A DNA stretch of 63,969 nucleotides, counting the filler, from Piptocephalis cylindrospora (Eukaryota), in the NCBI GenBank assembly GCA_003614145.1. It is 11 parts of 11 records of this genome, joined end to end, with 100 filler letters (N's around TTAATTAATTAA, not from the genome) between each part and the next. Parts side by side here need not be neighbours in the genome. Positions count along the whole stretch, not along the records: positions 11,900 to 17,741 come from KZ988355.1; positions 17,842 to 23,680 come from KZ988356.1; positions 23,781 to 29,607 come from KZ988357.1; 8 more parts are not named here. One strand, 5' to 3'. Of the stretch, positions 11,900 to 24,446 are shown piece by piece. A program made the translations under genes and the position numbers. Position 1 is the stretch's first letter. Each line of letters begins with the position of its first letter. Below the pieces are notes generated by a model that saw only the letters and a program-made list of their open reading frames with translations, was not told the DNA's origin and searched no databases.

Positions 11900-14800
11900 C
11901 ATATTGTATGTGGAGTAATTGTGCCTTTCTGTGACGCCTACGGTGAGATGGTGATATTATACAAGATAATCAGTAATGACCGTCAAAGTATAGCTGGGCG
12001 TATTTCGCCTTACACCCCGGTATAGAGTCCTCCTTGGGAGATATTAGCATCCCATTTAAATCTATTATGCGGAATGGGCCAGCGTAGGCGCGCATGATTC
12101 TTGCAAATACATATACAGATGCATTATCAATTCAAACATACCTTTGGTGGGGGCATTATGGGACGGCATAGCTTGCATTGACTATTAGGATTGAACCTAA
12201 TCATGATAGTTAGGTCTGCCCAGAGGAGGGGTGACCATTCCGTTACAAAAAGGAGTAGTCTCCTTTTATGTCATTTACGCTCACAGCGTTTCACAGATGT
12301 AAGGAAGTGCCTCTCAATTGTGATTCCATATTAGTAGGCCAGGCGCAATACCATAAGCATCATAGAAATATATCCTTAATAGCGATTAACCACTCAGGTT
12401 CAGTTGTAAAGCGAAGGCCAATTAGAAGCCATTCGCTCATTAGTTAGCGCATTATACGCCTAGGCGCAAGGAATATGGTTGGAGGTATCTAATCATCCTG
12501 AGGTAGGAAGCGCTTCAGGATGGGGTGTTTATGCGTTAAGCCAACTATTGTTAATTTCAGGGGTGGTTAGATGGGCATATGGTTGTAGTTATGTGTATTA
12601 ATATTTTCTGGATGTATACATATAGCTACAGAATAGGACTGTTTACTGAGTTTGGATCCGAGGCGGTATTTGCTTTAACCATTATCTTGTGGCCATAGGG
12701 CTGTATCATAGAAATTATTATCGACAATGATAAGACTATTACATCCCCCTGCATAATTCACATTGATGACTAGGGCTTAGTATTGTTTGCATTATATGAA
12801 GGGTTATACTTTTTTATGTATTAAACTGGAATATGCTTTTGCCTGCTAGCACCCAAACAAAGTCACTACTCATGATTTGGGTGATAATATCCTTCTTGCT
12901 ACCTACTTGGGTTAAAATTAGCCGGGCCTTACTGCAAAGTGGTGAAAAGTATGTACACCGGCATTGAAAGGTGGGTAGTCTATTTATTCTGCTACATTTA
13001 CACATGGTGTCAATCTTCGGGCAAGAACGCTATATATGCAATGATACTGGATAAGCTGCATAGTAGTTCAGCTCCAGAGTATCGTCCTCCTTCCAGTCAT
13101 ATCTGGCAAATGAATGTTAGCGCAAATCGAAACCCTCGCTCAAGGGGCAAGATCAGAAAGCTAGTTATTATTGTTATCAGTGATTCGAATGCATAATGCA
13201 AGCAGCTTCCCCAGCCAAAATAAGTTTAGGGCTTAAACTCACTCTTTTACTACATAGCAACTAGATAAAACAATAGCCATCTAGGGGCTATTTACCCCTG
13301 TTCACTAAAATGGTGGCCAAGGTGCAAATGTACAACATGGGCGTAGGTCTTCACGTATTGTGCGCTTTTATCGCCACCTCTCACGTACTATTAAATGGTC
13401 TAACGGTTTACACTTTTTGCGTGTAATGTTGAACGCTAACCCCTGGTTCTACTTTTAACATCGGCACAGCAATCTAATTGGCAGCAGTTATAGATATGTG
13501 CATTGTATGGTGATGCAATGGTTGTTGTATCGATATATGCGGATCGCACAGTCAGCCTTTACCATATCTTTGACATGACAAAATGATTAGCCATATATAG
13601 CGTATTCGTCGCGGCTCTCGTTAAATAAACCCATCATTAGTGTATATATCTAAGTGCGTATTAATATGCTTGTGACGGGCTGACCCAAAATGTTAGCATG
13701 GACAGATTCCGATTAGAATCATATTCATTGCCCCCATGAAGCGTATTAGCAATCTCTTTCTGAGACAGCTGACGGTAAATATACCGCAAAGCATAATGAT
13801 CAGCATATTCTTAAATTCGCATATTACCCCTAGGGTATCAGGATTTACCATGAGAAGCAGAATAATGTGCTATCCCTTGGAAGTAAGGGAAAATATCTCA
13901 GCCTCATGGTGAGTGTAAAATGGATGCGCATAAGCCTAGCTAATATAATTAATACCGCTGTGGCGCATATATATAAATATTCTATGAGGGCTATGCCTTT
14001 GAATACCCTTATGCATTGCCATTATGCTTATAGTATTGGGCACGTATCAAGCTATACGACTTCCAGATTATCTACGGCGGCATTATCAGCTAATTGAAAA
14101 ACAAATGATATATATATATCTCTGTGAATAGGGGCAGCTAGTATAATGGAATTGCATCTTCCTGTGTGCTATATATCCAAGCCCAAGGTGTGCAATACTG
14201 CCATTGCCTATCACAAGCACAGCGCTAATTTGAACTATACATGTCCTCCTAAGCTTACATTTACTATTGGTGATATTATTGTACCCATGGGCTATACACT
14301 ACCATGAAATAGATACTAAACCCTCTCTACATCATTATTTTCATACACCGAGGAGAGGTGTATACTTTAGTGTCGAAGTATGTCAGTCTTCTAGAATAAT
14401 GCTATTAGACTCCGCCTAACCCCATAACCCCATAAAGTCTCCATTTTCAGTACATATCCATGGCACTGTGTCGTATCGATGGCATTCCATAATATATATT
14501 TGCATTCATTGCTTTCAACTGCATTTTGTATCTAGCTACTAAGCTCTTCTGTTACGCAAAATACACCTAATTTGGCAGCCTAACATAATACCATTACCAG
14601 CTCTTCTTTTATAAGGGCACGGCTAGGCTTATATTACCACTCACACGCTTCCAACTAGGTATTTTCCTGCAATACGGCATATGCTCACTTCGGTGTTATT
14701 AGCCATGCCATCCTGCAATAGTAATGATTACCTTTTCTGTTCATATGCGCATGCTTCTGGCCACCAAAGGTGTGCCATGATGGGCTTTCTTTCTTTTTCT

Positions 14801-17741
14801 TACCTGGACCAGTTATACCTTTCAGTTGGTGATTCCGAGGCGTTAAATATCCAATATTTTATCAATCGCCCGTATTCCCTCATTATCATACGTATTACTT
14901 TGATGCTAGAGTATGCCTATAGACTAATGACCCCCTTATTGAGGATTGTACGCCCCATTATGCTAACTGCATGGGAGTATAATATTATCGCGTTGCTAAA
15001 AGCGCGAAGCAATGAAAGAGGTGATGCTCCAGATGGCCGCTACTATAATTATATGCACTGATAGTACAATACTCGGAGCGTCGTACGGCTTCGGCGCCTG
15101 CAGCTCAAGTTACGGGCCCAAGGACATATGGCGATATATAATTCCCCTAGCCGTTTCAGCGTCAGCGGCTTTATGCTAGCACTATCAATCATTCCCTTCC
15201 ATACCTCTAGCATACATTATAGTTTGATTCAAATTGAATAAACGCATGAGATTAGTAGAAGCAAACCGTACCGTTCGCTATCGTAGTATAGCTCTGTTGT
15301 CTGAACCAAAAGCGTGATAAATACGAGGCAAGTTTTGGCCACGCTAACGTAATAATTAAATACATTGGCCAGTGGGGTTCATTTATCGTTTAAATAAAAG
15401 TGGTATATCACCAATCATGTTGCAAATACATACCGCTGATACGGAAAAATAGGTTGCTGCCTTCACATGTTGCTTGGCGTAGCATATAACGTACCGATAG
15501 TACCAAGTTATTTAGGTTAGTTTTCATTATTTATTTGCAGTGTCCTTAGGAAATATGCATACTCTCATATTCGGGGGCACTTAATACACTTACCATATAT
15601 GGAACATATATGAAGTGTATATTGGCATATAATATTATTATACAATTACATAGTCATGGTCACATGGTCACATCACCACTGCTGCACAATCCCTACCAGC
15701 AAGGTGACCCATAAAAGCTGACAGTGGTTGATAAAGGTTACATGAATGAGGGGACACATTCACCCCATAGTCCACAGTCCCGTTATCGTATGCAGCACAC
15801 TTATGGCAATCTCCTGGTAAATATAGAGCGATAGATGTTGGTAATTGTGGCATGTCCGTTCATATAACGTAGGGATATTCCTGTAATAGAAGCGATCGAA
15901 ATGCACTCGGATTATATAATACAATGAAATAGCACATAGCCAGCGCTTACAGCAAGGTAAATATATAATTTTATGGACCGGCCGTTAGATTATCGTGTAT
16001 TAATGTATAGATATAATGGTTTGGGGGCCTTCGCGTTCAAAAGAATTAGTAGGGGAATCATGGCATACCCATTACAGACACATATTGGAAAGCATACTCA
16101 TTAAACCGCGTATATGGGCTACAGCTATTCTGGTTTTGCGACACAATTAATATTATTCATCTCTCATAATCGCGCTCACCTTGGGGATGGTAATATATTT
16201 TCTTAATAGTGAATAATACTAGTCAGATATCATCCATTTTCTGGGCATCTGTGATGCAATATGTACTGATAGCACAATAGCTTACATAGTGTAACGAGGC
16301 TTATACTCTCAGTCCTGCTAGAGCTAGAACCCTCGAAGGAAGAGGGAGGATGAGGGCGTGTAATGATGGTTGGTAAGCCTCGTTAGCACATTTCTTCAGC
16401 TGGCCTACTGCGGCTCAACTGTGCGTTCACTCTATCTGCCATTTTTTGGGGACTATGGCGATTGGTATATATTCATACCGCGTAGCACCCCTCTTCATGC
16501 TGCCATTCACATATGCGCCAAGCCGCCATGGTTCATATAACATTGTCCAAACAGAATTATTATACTTCCTTCAGCCGCGCCTGATTAGGAGCTATGAACC
16601 CAATGGTTTTCATAAAGGTTGGAGTTTGCGCGCTGTATTAACATCAGATGAGTATTTGGTAATAGGATAGAATGGCATAGCTAGTTGGTAGATATACTAT
16701 AATTTAATAGGAAGTGGATAGCCTACTATCTCCAACCGCATTAGCCGAGTGGAAGATAGTAATAAATCCACCTATTTTCTGTTGGTAGGGAGTATCTACC
16801 TCAGGTCACTTACCTTCGATATTGCCATACGAAACAGCAGAATACAATGAGGACATTTCTTAAGCACACATTTAGGTAACACGTACCATATGTGCATAAT
16901 TAGATCAACACGGGACGGCTGAGAAAGCTACTTGGATTCCGACATATCTGAAAGGCCTTACTCGTTTTGGCATTTATTTAATAGTTACCTTTATCTTAAA
17001 GCCCAAGATAGCAGACACTGTGTTCGGATGCCCATCTGCCTACCCCACTGGGGAAAATAAAATGGTTTTATCACCTTAAAGCCAAAGATCCACTTATTGT
17101 GAGAAGGCACGCTTCATCTAAGCTAAAACTGCAAAACCCAATCCACATCGTACTACTACTCTTATTGGTCCAATTCCAAGTGGGAGCGTGCGCTATCGCA
17201 TCCTAAGGCCTTTCTACCGCTCTCTAAAGCTGAGTAGTACAGCTCTACCATCAATTGATTACACAAGTTTGGCGACCTTGATATTTGTCAATACAAGCTA
17301 TTTACCCGCTGCTCCGCAAGGCCTGTCTACAGCATAAAACGGCTTGCCTGTGAGCCTTGCTAAATGTGGGGTGTGTTTCCAGGCAGGAATCGCGGAACAA
17401 GTTCATCTAGTAAAGGGGTTCAGTTATGCAGGCTAGTCCTTCATGAGTATTGATGAACCGTGGTTGGGCTACCCAAAATATTTCAGCAACTTGAAAGTCA
17501 TTGTGCCAGCCATATACAGCGTCCCCAAAAAGTGTTCAAATGTTTTGATGTCAGAGTACAAGGATCATTACAGAGAGCATACAACGTCTCATATAACACA
17601 GATTAGACCATCTGACGCCCTGAAGCCAGGCATTTAGAAACTACAAACATAGATTAATTAGAACCTAACTTCATTCCTCAGGGCAAAATTAAACCAAAGA
17701 AACGTTTGAACTCTTTTTGGGTGGGTCATGAAAATCCAATC
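11900..17741. other. AT-rich contig with no credible gene
   Basis: Longest ORF is 126 aa with no recognisable motif; spot counts give about 35-43% GC, visibly lower than the genic contigs; the usual purine/pyrimidine tracts are absent. Confidence 0.8.
17010..17074 (+). mobile_element. Short dispersed element copy 1 (putative truncated non-LTR retroelement 3' end) with 15-bp TSD
   Basis: 17010-17064 matches 51424-51478 at 54/55 nt; flanked by cttaaagcccaagat (16995-17009) and cttaaagccaaagat (17075-17089). Confidence 0.65.
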
Positions 17742-18055
17742 NNNNNNNNNNNNNNNNNNNNNNNNNNNNNNNNNNNNNNNNNNNNTTAATTAATTAANNN
17801 NNNNNNNNNNNNNNNNNNNNNNNNNNNNNNNNNNNNNNNNNGCCCCCTTCCCCCCACCTACAAGAAAAAAAATATTTGTACAAGGGTATTTCCCGCACCG
17901 GTCACCCTTTTTATTTCCCAGGCCCCCCCCCCCCCCCCCCCTCCCCCCTCTCCTCCTCCTCCCTACTCTGCCTGCTAAGTAATGAAGGGAGCGATGAATC
18001 GAGAGCAACTTGACTATATCAAAAAAATTCATCAAACTCTTCAGTTAAGGAACGG

Positions 18056-19281
18056 CTAAATCAGAGAGGAAGAGTTGGATAGGGTGTCCGTGTTCGTACT
18101 ACTCATAGAGTTGGTGATCGTAGCCTTGCCTAGGATAAAGGCAGCGGTTTCTTTCCCAAGAGCATAGTAGCCTGTATTCTTCTCCGGATCGAACATAGAG
18201 GTATGAGCGGTAATTTCATCATCAGCTAGAGAGGAAAGAGATGTAAAGAAATGGGTGAATGGCTCAGGGGGGGGGTCGAATAAATGTTCTTGAGGACTCC
18301 TTAGCAAGCTAATCGGAAGAAAAGGAGACATGAGTCGAGGGAATTGAGGTATGGTAAGTTAGGAGACTTGTCCATCAACTCACTTGATTGTATACCCCAT
18401 GGAAGGAGATATCTGTAATTTCCAGTAGGGTTTCCAAGCTGAAAGTGGATAGTGGCATAGGGAGCGATGAGAATGGTCAGTGGGTGTGAGGAGGAAAGGT
18501 GATAATCTTCCCCGTCACCACGTCCCTTCATGGAGACTCACCGCGCTTGCATATCCTGTTCATTCATGACGGCTGATGCAAAGATCATATGACCTCTGAT
18601 CCAATCCAGCCCCTCGGATAACTTTTCCTTATGATACCAGGCTACACCAGTACCGACAGCGGCGGCGGCAAGGGCCATACCAGCGCCCAGAGTACCCCAT
18701 CTGGATCCGGAAAAGGCTCTGGCAGCGGGCATCGAGGCGCCCAGAACGGCAGTCGCGTCCCCAAACCCCCTAGTGACCTGCTCTGCCCGGTCCATGGCTT
18801 GACGAGAGATGAGGGTTGGATGCAGGCCAAAGAAGGGAGTGTCAAAGGCGTAGATGCCCCGGATGGCCAGGTCTGCCTTGGTCTTGTTCAAGTCAATAGC
18901 CGTATCAGCGGCCAATAACCCACCCATCGAGTGTCCACACAGATAGATCTGCACATCCTTTCCAGATACAGTTGAGTCCAGGGAGGCCGTCCAGTCCTTG
19001 ACCTGCTCCTCCAACCAAGCACGAAAGGCCACTACAGCCTGACGGAGCTCTCCACGCGTCTCGTACCTTGGGTATACAATGACCTTGACGGGTCTTGACG
19101 GGCCCTTCCCCACCTGGTCCTTTAAGATGGTGGCTAAACGATTGGGGAAATCCTGGGAGGAAGAATGAGGAGGTTGAATTCGAGAGTTGAGTTTTCAAGG
19201 ACATACCAAGAATGTGCCCTCCCCCTCGCCGCGAAACCCGTGGATAAAGATGATGAGGTGAGGGGAGGATGATGGAGGCAT
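18056..19281 (-). CDS. Alpha/beta-hydrolase, DUF676/lipase-like, multi-exon
   Basis: LIIFIHGF (exon 1), YPRYETRG, GHSMGG nucleophile elbow, AFDTPFFG and C-terminal DEITAHTSMF. Confidence 0.8.
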
Positions 19282-19839
19282 GTGAGGCAGTTGGAGGGAG
19301 TGTACAGTGAAAGAGACAGAAGAGATGGAGTAAAAGCAAGAGGCTGTCCTAGGCTCTCAGTGTTTGTGACAAGGGGCGTCCTGTGAAATGAGGAGAGGGA
19401 ATAGAGTTGGCGGGGCTATCCTCATACTGAAAGGCTTGTTCCCATCCCCGCCCACACAGTTCACAGACATTCAAGAGTGTGACGTGGTGAATCGGTGACT
19501 CCAGGGTCCATATAGGAGGACATATTAATTGCTGTGGATCCTGCCGACACTGGCGATGATGTGTACCCTCCGGGGCTGAAAGGGTATTGTTATTATTATT
19601 ATAGGAAGGGGGATGTATAGTGCAAACACGCGATGATGTGTCACATCTCGCGTGGTACACGATTTCTGCGATCAGCATTGATGAGGGGCGGATGAAGGAG
19701 CATGAATGGGACCTAGGATGCGATGGAAAAATATGGCTGATTGGACAAATTTGTTGGACACCCACCCCATAACACAAGTCTCTGGCATACACACATCCTC
19801 ACAGACCCAAAGCCCAAGGTACGATCCATGGAGCAGATC

Positions 19840-21253
19840 TTACCCCTTCAGTTTGAAGGGGAATCGACGCTTGCTCTTCATGTCAGCCTTCCTCATCACC
19901 ATCCACTTGCCTCCGTCCATCTGGGTCTCACGTTGGACGAGTTCCCGGACAAAGGATCCACTCCTCTTGATGGCCACATCGGAGAGCGACACGGTGAAGA
20001 GGAAATGAAGGAGGTGGGGCATGTCCCGATAGATCTCCAGACGCATTTGGGATCGGCCCTTGGAGGCAAGGTCCTCCTGAGCAGCCCTCTGGGCGAATTG
20101 GGCACTTTCATCGAAGTTCCTATCCACCTCACCAATTTGCTAAGGGAAAGGGGGAGGAGGGTAAGCTCAGGTCACGCGTTCTCTCGGCGCTTCCCTCACC
20201 TCAATCCCACTTACCACTAAAGTAGGGCCCATATCTCCGAATGAATCTGCCATGAGCGGACTGACATAAGGATGGGAGAGGAGGGCCTTGTCCCGGACAT
20301 AGTAGTGATCACCAGTGTACAGGGCCAGGTCCCGAGTGGAGTCATTTGGGAGAAAGTCGGCATAATCAATGTTACTATCCCACCGACCATTGCCCTTGAC
20401 ACTCGGGAGAGACAGGGTCATGTCGAGGTAGGGATACCAAAGGAGCATGCCAGCTGGGCCGGGGAGCCCTGCATCCTTCAGGATCATACGGAGGGCCACC
20501 GCCATGCCGGCTCCAGAGCTATCTCCAGCGATGATAATGTTGTTGGGATCCACCTGAGGGTCCTCGAGGAGCTGCATGAATGCGGCCAGGATATCCTCCA
20601 AGGCCAAAGGAAAAGGGTTCTCTGGGGCCTTGCGGTAACGAGGGGCAAAGATAGGACAATCACTCTGACGGGACAGCTTGCACAGAAGACCCCGATAAGT
20701 GAGGGTGGTACAGGCGACATGGAAACCCCCATGGATGTAGAGGATGGTGGGGGTTGCAGTGGTACGGGGAACACCATTGCATCCTTCCCGGTAGTCCACC
20801 CACATCCCGGAGAGTTCATGCTCCCACCCAGAATCCACGCTCGATCTCTTCTCCTCGACCCTATCGTAGACTCCGGTGTCCTTGAGCAGACCGTGCATGA
20901 TGTCTGAGGATTTGGCCCGATGAGCAGGAAGGATGAGCATGTCGGGCTCTGGCACATAATCCTCTGGGGATTTGAGAAGACCTTCGCGATCCAAGGCGTC
21001 CCGCAGGTTATCGAGCTCGGCCTTTGTTCTGATGGTGCCAAAGGTGCTTCGAAAGCCTCGGCGGATCATATTGACGGCTACATGCGTAGGGAAGGTCCAT
21101 GTCTTCCTGGGACGGCCGAGGAACATGTGCTTAAAGGCGGTTTTGATGGTTACCTGAAGGTGACAGTGTGGGTCGAAAATGTGAGTCGGATGTCTACAGA
21201 GGGGAGAGGGGTACAAGAGAGTCTATTGCTATTACCTTGGTGATATCACGCAT
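19840..21253 (-). CDS. Hormone-sensitive-lipase-type esterase (Abhydrolase_3), 3 exons
   Basis: LYIHGG, YRKAPENPFP.ALED, AGDSSG, HPYVSPL and DMPH motifs; short first exon MRDITK. Confidence 0.87.
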
Positions 21254-24183
21254 GATGAATGGTGCAAAATAACAATGGGATAAGAAATGGGGGAGCGTTG
21301 AACGGAAATGGACTAAACTGCAATGAGCGGATAAGGATAGGATGTGATGCTGGGAAATGAGGGATAACGTTGATGAGAAAAGCTTAATAGACGAAGGTAG
21401 AGGAAGGGAAGAGGATGGCCGTAGTCCCCAACGTTTATTTATACCTTAATGGGGATAGTACCCTGTCCCTACCCGTTACATGAGTAGCCCATACCTTATT
21501 TAGGGCAAGCAAAAATCCGTCGTAGTGGCTCTGTTCCTCCATTTGACCCTTCCCATGCATTCATCCAACCATGATGTCCACCGTCCCCTCTCCTCCCATT
21601 CTATTCACACCGTCTGTCCTCTTGTCGCCATTTGCCATGATACATCGACAGAGCATCGCATCGAACGGAGAATACTGTGTCGGCCGATCTATGACAGCAA
21701 CTACCGGACATTGGGAGTGGCGAAAGGTCCGACACGGATAGACACAGACCGGCGAGTCAGCCTAGCTACAGTGTGGGAGCGAGCCGAGTGATGGGGTGAT
21801 TTGGGCTTCACTTTTGGTCGTGACGGCGGTCTACCGCCCCAATGGTAACACACTTACTTCTATTGCTGCCGTTAAAACGCTGTGCAACTCAACCCACGCC
21901 ATTCCACACATGACCCCCTCTTGTCTTTTCTTGCTCACTATTCTCTCTTTCACGTTGTCCCTAGTCATTCTAGTCAATGGAAAGGGGGTGGTGGCACCTC
22001 ATCCTGAAGGAGCAACCCTTCCCTCCTTACACTCAGGTAGAATAGGCAGGGGGGAAGGGACGCGTCTAGATCGACAGCGGATCTATTATGGGCAGCATCG
22101 AGGAGCCCTCCCCCTTCCAATACTCTTGCCTATTGAGATCAAAAGGTAAGAATAGACTGTTAGTGTGGGACAAAAACACTTGGCCTCGATGGCGTCTGAT
22201 ATCATTGACGTGGTCTAGGAGCAGGGTTCCACCGCATCCTGCTTGTGTGAGCAGGAGTCATCCCTTTCTTTTTCACTCTTTTTTTTTTCGTCACGATCTT
22301 CCTCCGATCCATCAACCACTCACTGCGAGATATCAAGGTCACCTGGACATCTCGGCCACGATGATGCCATCACTGTCCCACCATAAGGGTAGGGTGAAGT
22401 GATTTGAAGCGTCAGCTGAGGGGAGGACACGACTTGAGGAGTCAACTAGGGAAGGGACATGACAGGTCTATGCGATGCATACACGGACAACGGTTACTCT
22501 AGTATGTTGGGTCCAGCCTTCTTGGCAAAGAGAGTGTTCCTTTCTTGGACCATTCATCCTTGGCGAGGACCCTAAGGTGGCTTCTTCCCCCCTTTCAATT
22601 CATTCATCCCTGGAAGGGGGTTGATCCCGTTCCTCTGTCTCCTTCCCAAAGGAGGAGGAAAACTCCTCCATCCATTCTTCCCTAAGTGAGCGTCTCTTTC
22701 ATGAGGGCTAGTCATCCCCTCTCCAGGTAGCCATGCTTCGCTGATCCCTTTCTCACCCACATCAACCGTCGTTCGTGTGGGACTATTCAAAGCGGGAAAA
22801 GGTATTTTGCGACCTTTTCAATTCATCCCTTACCATAGGGCGAAAAATCCGTACAGTCCCAAAGCACTAGAAGGATTGGTGTGCTAGGGGATAGTCGGAT
22901 CTGGATGAAGTGTCGGACTTTGAAATCACGCCATTGACGAATGGCCCTGACTGATGGGCTTTAAGGTATAGGAAATTCAAAAGGATAAATTGAGCCTGAT
23001 ATGTTTTATGGAAGAAGCATTCCAGTCCAAATAATCTCTGGCCACGCTCGGACGGATCTGTCTGCTCCAAATGCGCCTTGTGTCCCTCTCTCTCGTCTGC
23101 ATGTAAGTGTAGTAGTAATAAACAGCGAAATATACGTAAGTGTACTGGCATCCTAAATAGGCATACCAAAAGACTGGCCATGTGCCCCTCCACAAGGATG
23201 GCCCTCTCCTATGCATGTTATGCCCCCCATGTGCCTTCCCAATGAGACGATCAAAGTTTCTAATAGTACCTTATGGATACTACGAAGATGGTAAACTGGC
23301 CATGGCTTAGGCCTCTATAGCTGGAAATCATCTATGGACTCACCCCCTGAATCCATTTAGAACGTACACATCAGCCCCCTCTCCCACACCATACTACTAA
23401 GACGTGACCCATGCTTACCCCCGGGGATGGCGTCGCATCTTGACGGTTGCTCAATTTCCTCATAGACATCACGCGCTGACATACGTACTCTCTTGGATCT
23501 CCCTAATCCAATTGCCAAGCAAAAGGGGTTGCTTGGGACTATTCTCATTCGTGGGGCTGCTTGAGATGCTTCCTATCCATGAGAGGGCGACCAAGAAGAC
23601 ACTCCTCTTGCAGATGCCCTTGACCTTGATATCAGCTCTTCCCAAGGGATGTTTTCTGTTCACTGAAAGAGGATCGCTCCNNNNNNNNNNNNNNNNNNNN
23701 NNNNNNNNNNNNNNNNNNNNNNNNTTAATTAATTAANNNNNNNNNNNNNNNNNNNNNNNNNNNNNNNNNNNNNNNNNNNNAGACTTCTACTCAGTGTCAT
23801 TTCCTGCACATTTGATCATCACTACACGACAGTATCTTTCCCTTACCCCTTCCATTGAAAATAATTCGGGTGAAATGATATAGCAAATGAAAGGAGAATA
23901 GCCAAATATGATGAATATAGGTCCATTTTGAAAATGGTCCAACTGTAATGCTTTTGCAATCATGATATCTTGTCATCCTCAAGAAATCATGCGTTGATAA
24001 TGTTAACAAGGCATCCGTTTTGAATCATTCAGCAAGGCTGTTTATAAAATAAGCATAAAAGCGTGATTTACTGTTAAAACCAAAAGCCATCATTTGGATC
24101 TTTTTCTTACAAAAAATCATATTTGGTTAAAACAAGAACTGTCCTTAAAAGTCGAATAAAAGTACAAAATACCACCATAATAT

Positions 24184-24265
24184 GACAAGATGGCCGAGTG
24201 GTTAAGGCGTGTGACTAGAAATCACATGGGTTCATCCCGCGTAGGTTCAAATCCTGCTCTTGTCG
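24184..24265 (+). tRNA. tRNA-Ser (anticodon AGA)
   Basis: Acceptor stem GACAAGA/TCTTGTC, D arm TGGCCGAGTGG, anticodon arm TGTGA-CTAGAAA-TCACA, long variable arm, T loop GTTCAAATC. Confidence 0.96.
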
Positions 24266-24446
24266 ATCTATTTAATCTTTTGGCCTAATGATGATGATAA
24301 TGGAAAGTCAGGTTGCACACTGATGGGGGGTCAACATACAAGAGGCATTTATCACAGCACAAAGTAAGGGAGTCAGGAAAAGACGACACATCGTACATGC
24401 GGTGTATGAAAGAGGCAAGTAAAAAGCGGGGGGAGGGGCAAGATCA

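Noticed and set aside
12247..12522. Small hairpins (aaaaggag/ctcctttt and catcctga/tcaggatg)
   Set aside because: Stems of 8 bp are expected by chance, and bacterial-type terminators are not meaningful here.
12655..12750. GCIIEIIIDND peptide resembling a retroviral integrase core, and a WWP peptide near 14760 on the minus strand
   Set aside because: Short, on opposite strands and without other integrase or RT motifs; consistent with chance.
18056..21253. Two adjacent co-oriented alpha/beta-hydrolases as a gene cluster
   Set aside because: Different families with no shared sequence or other pathway genes nearby.
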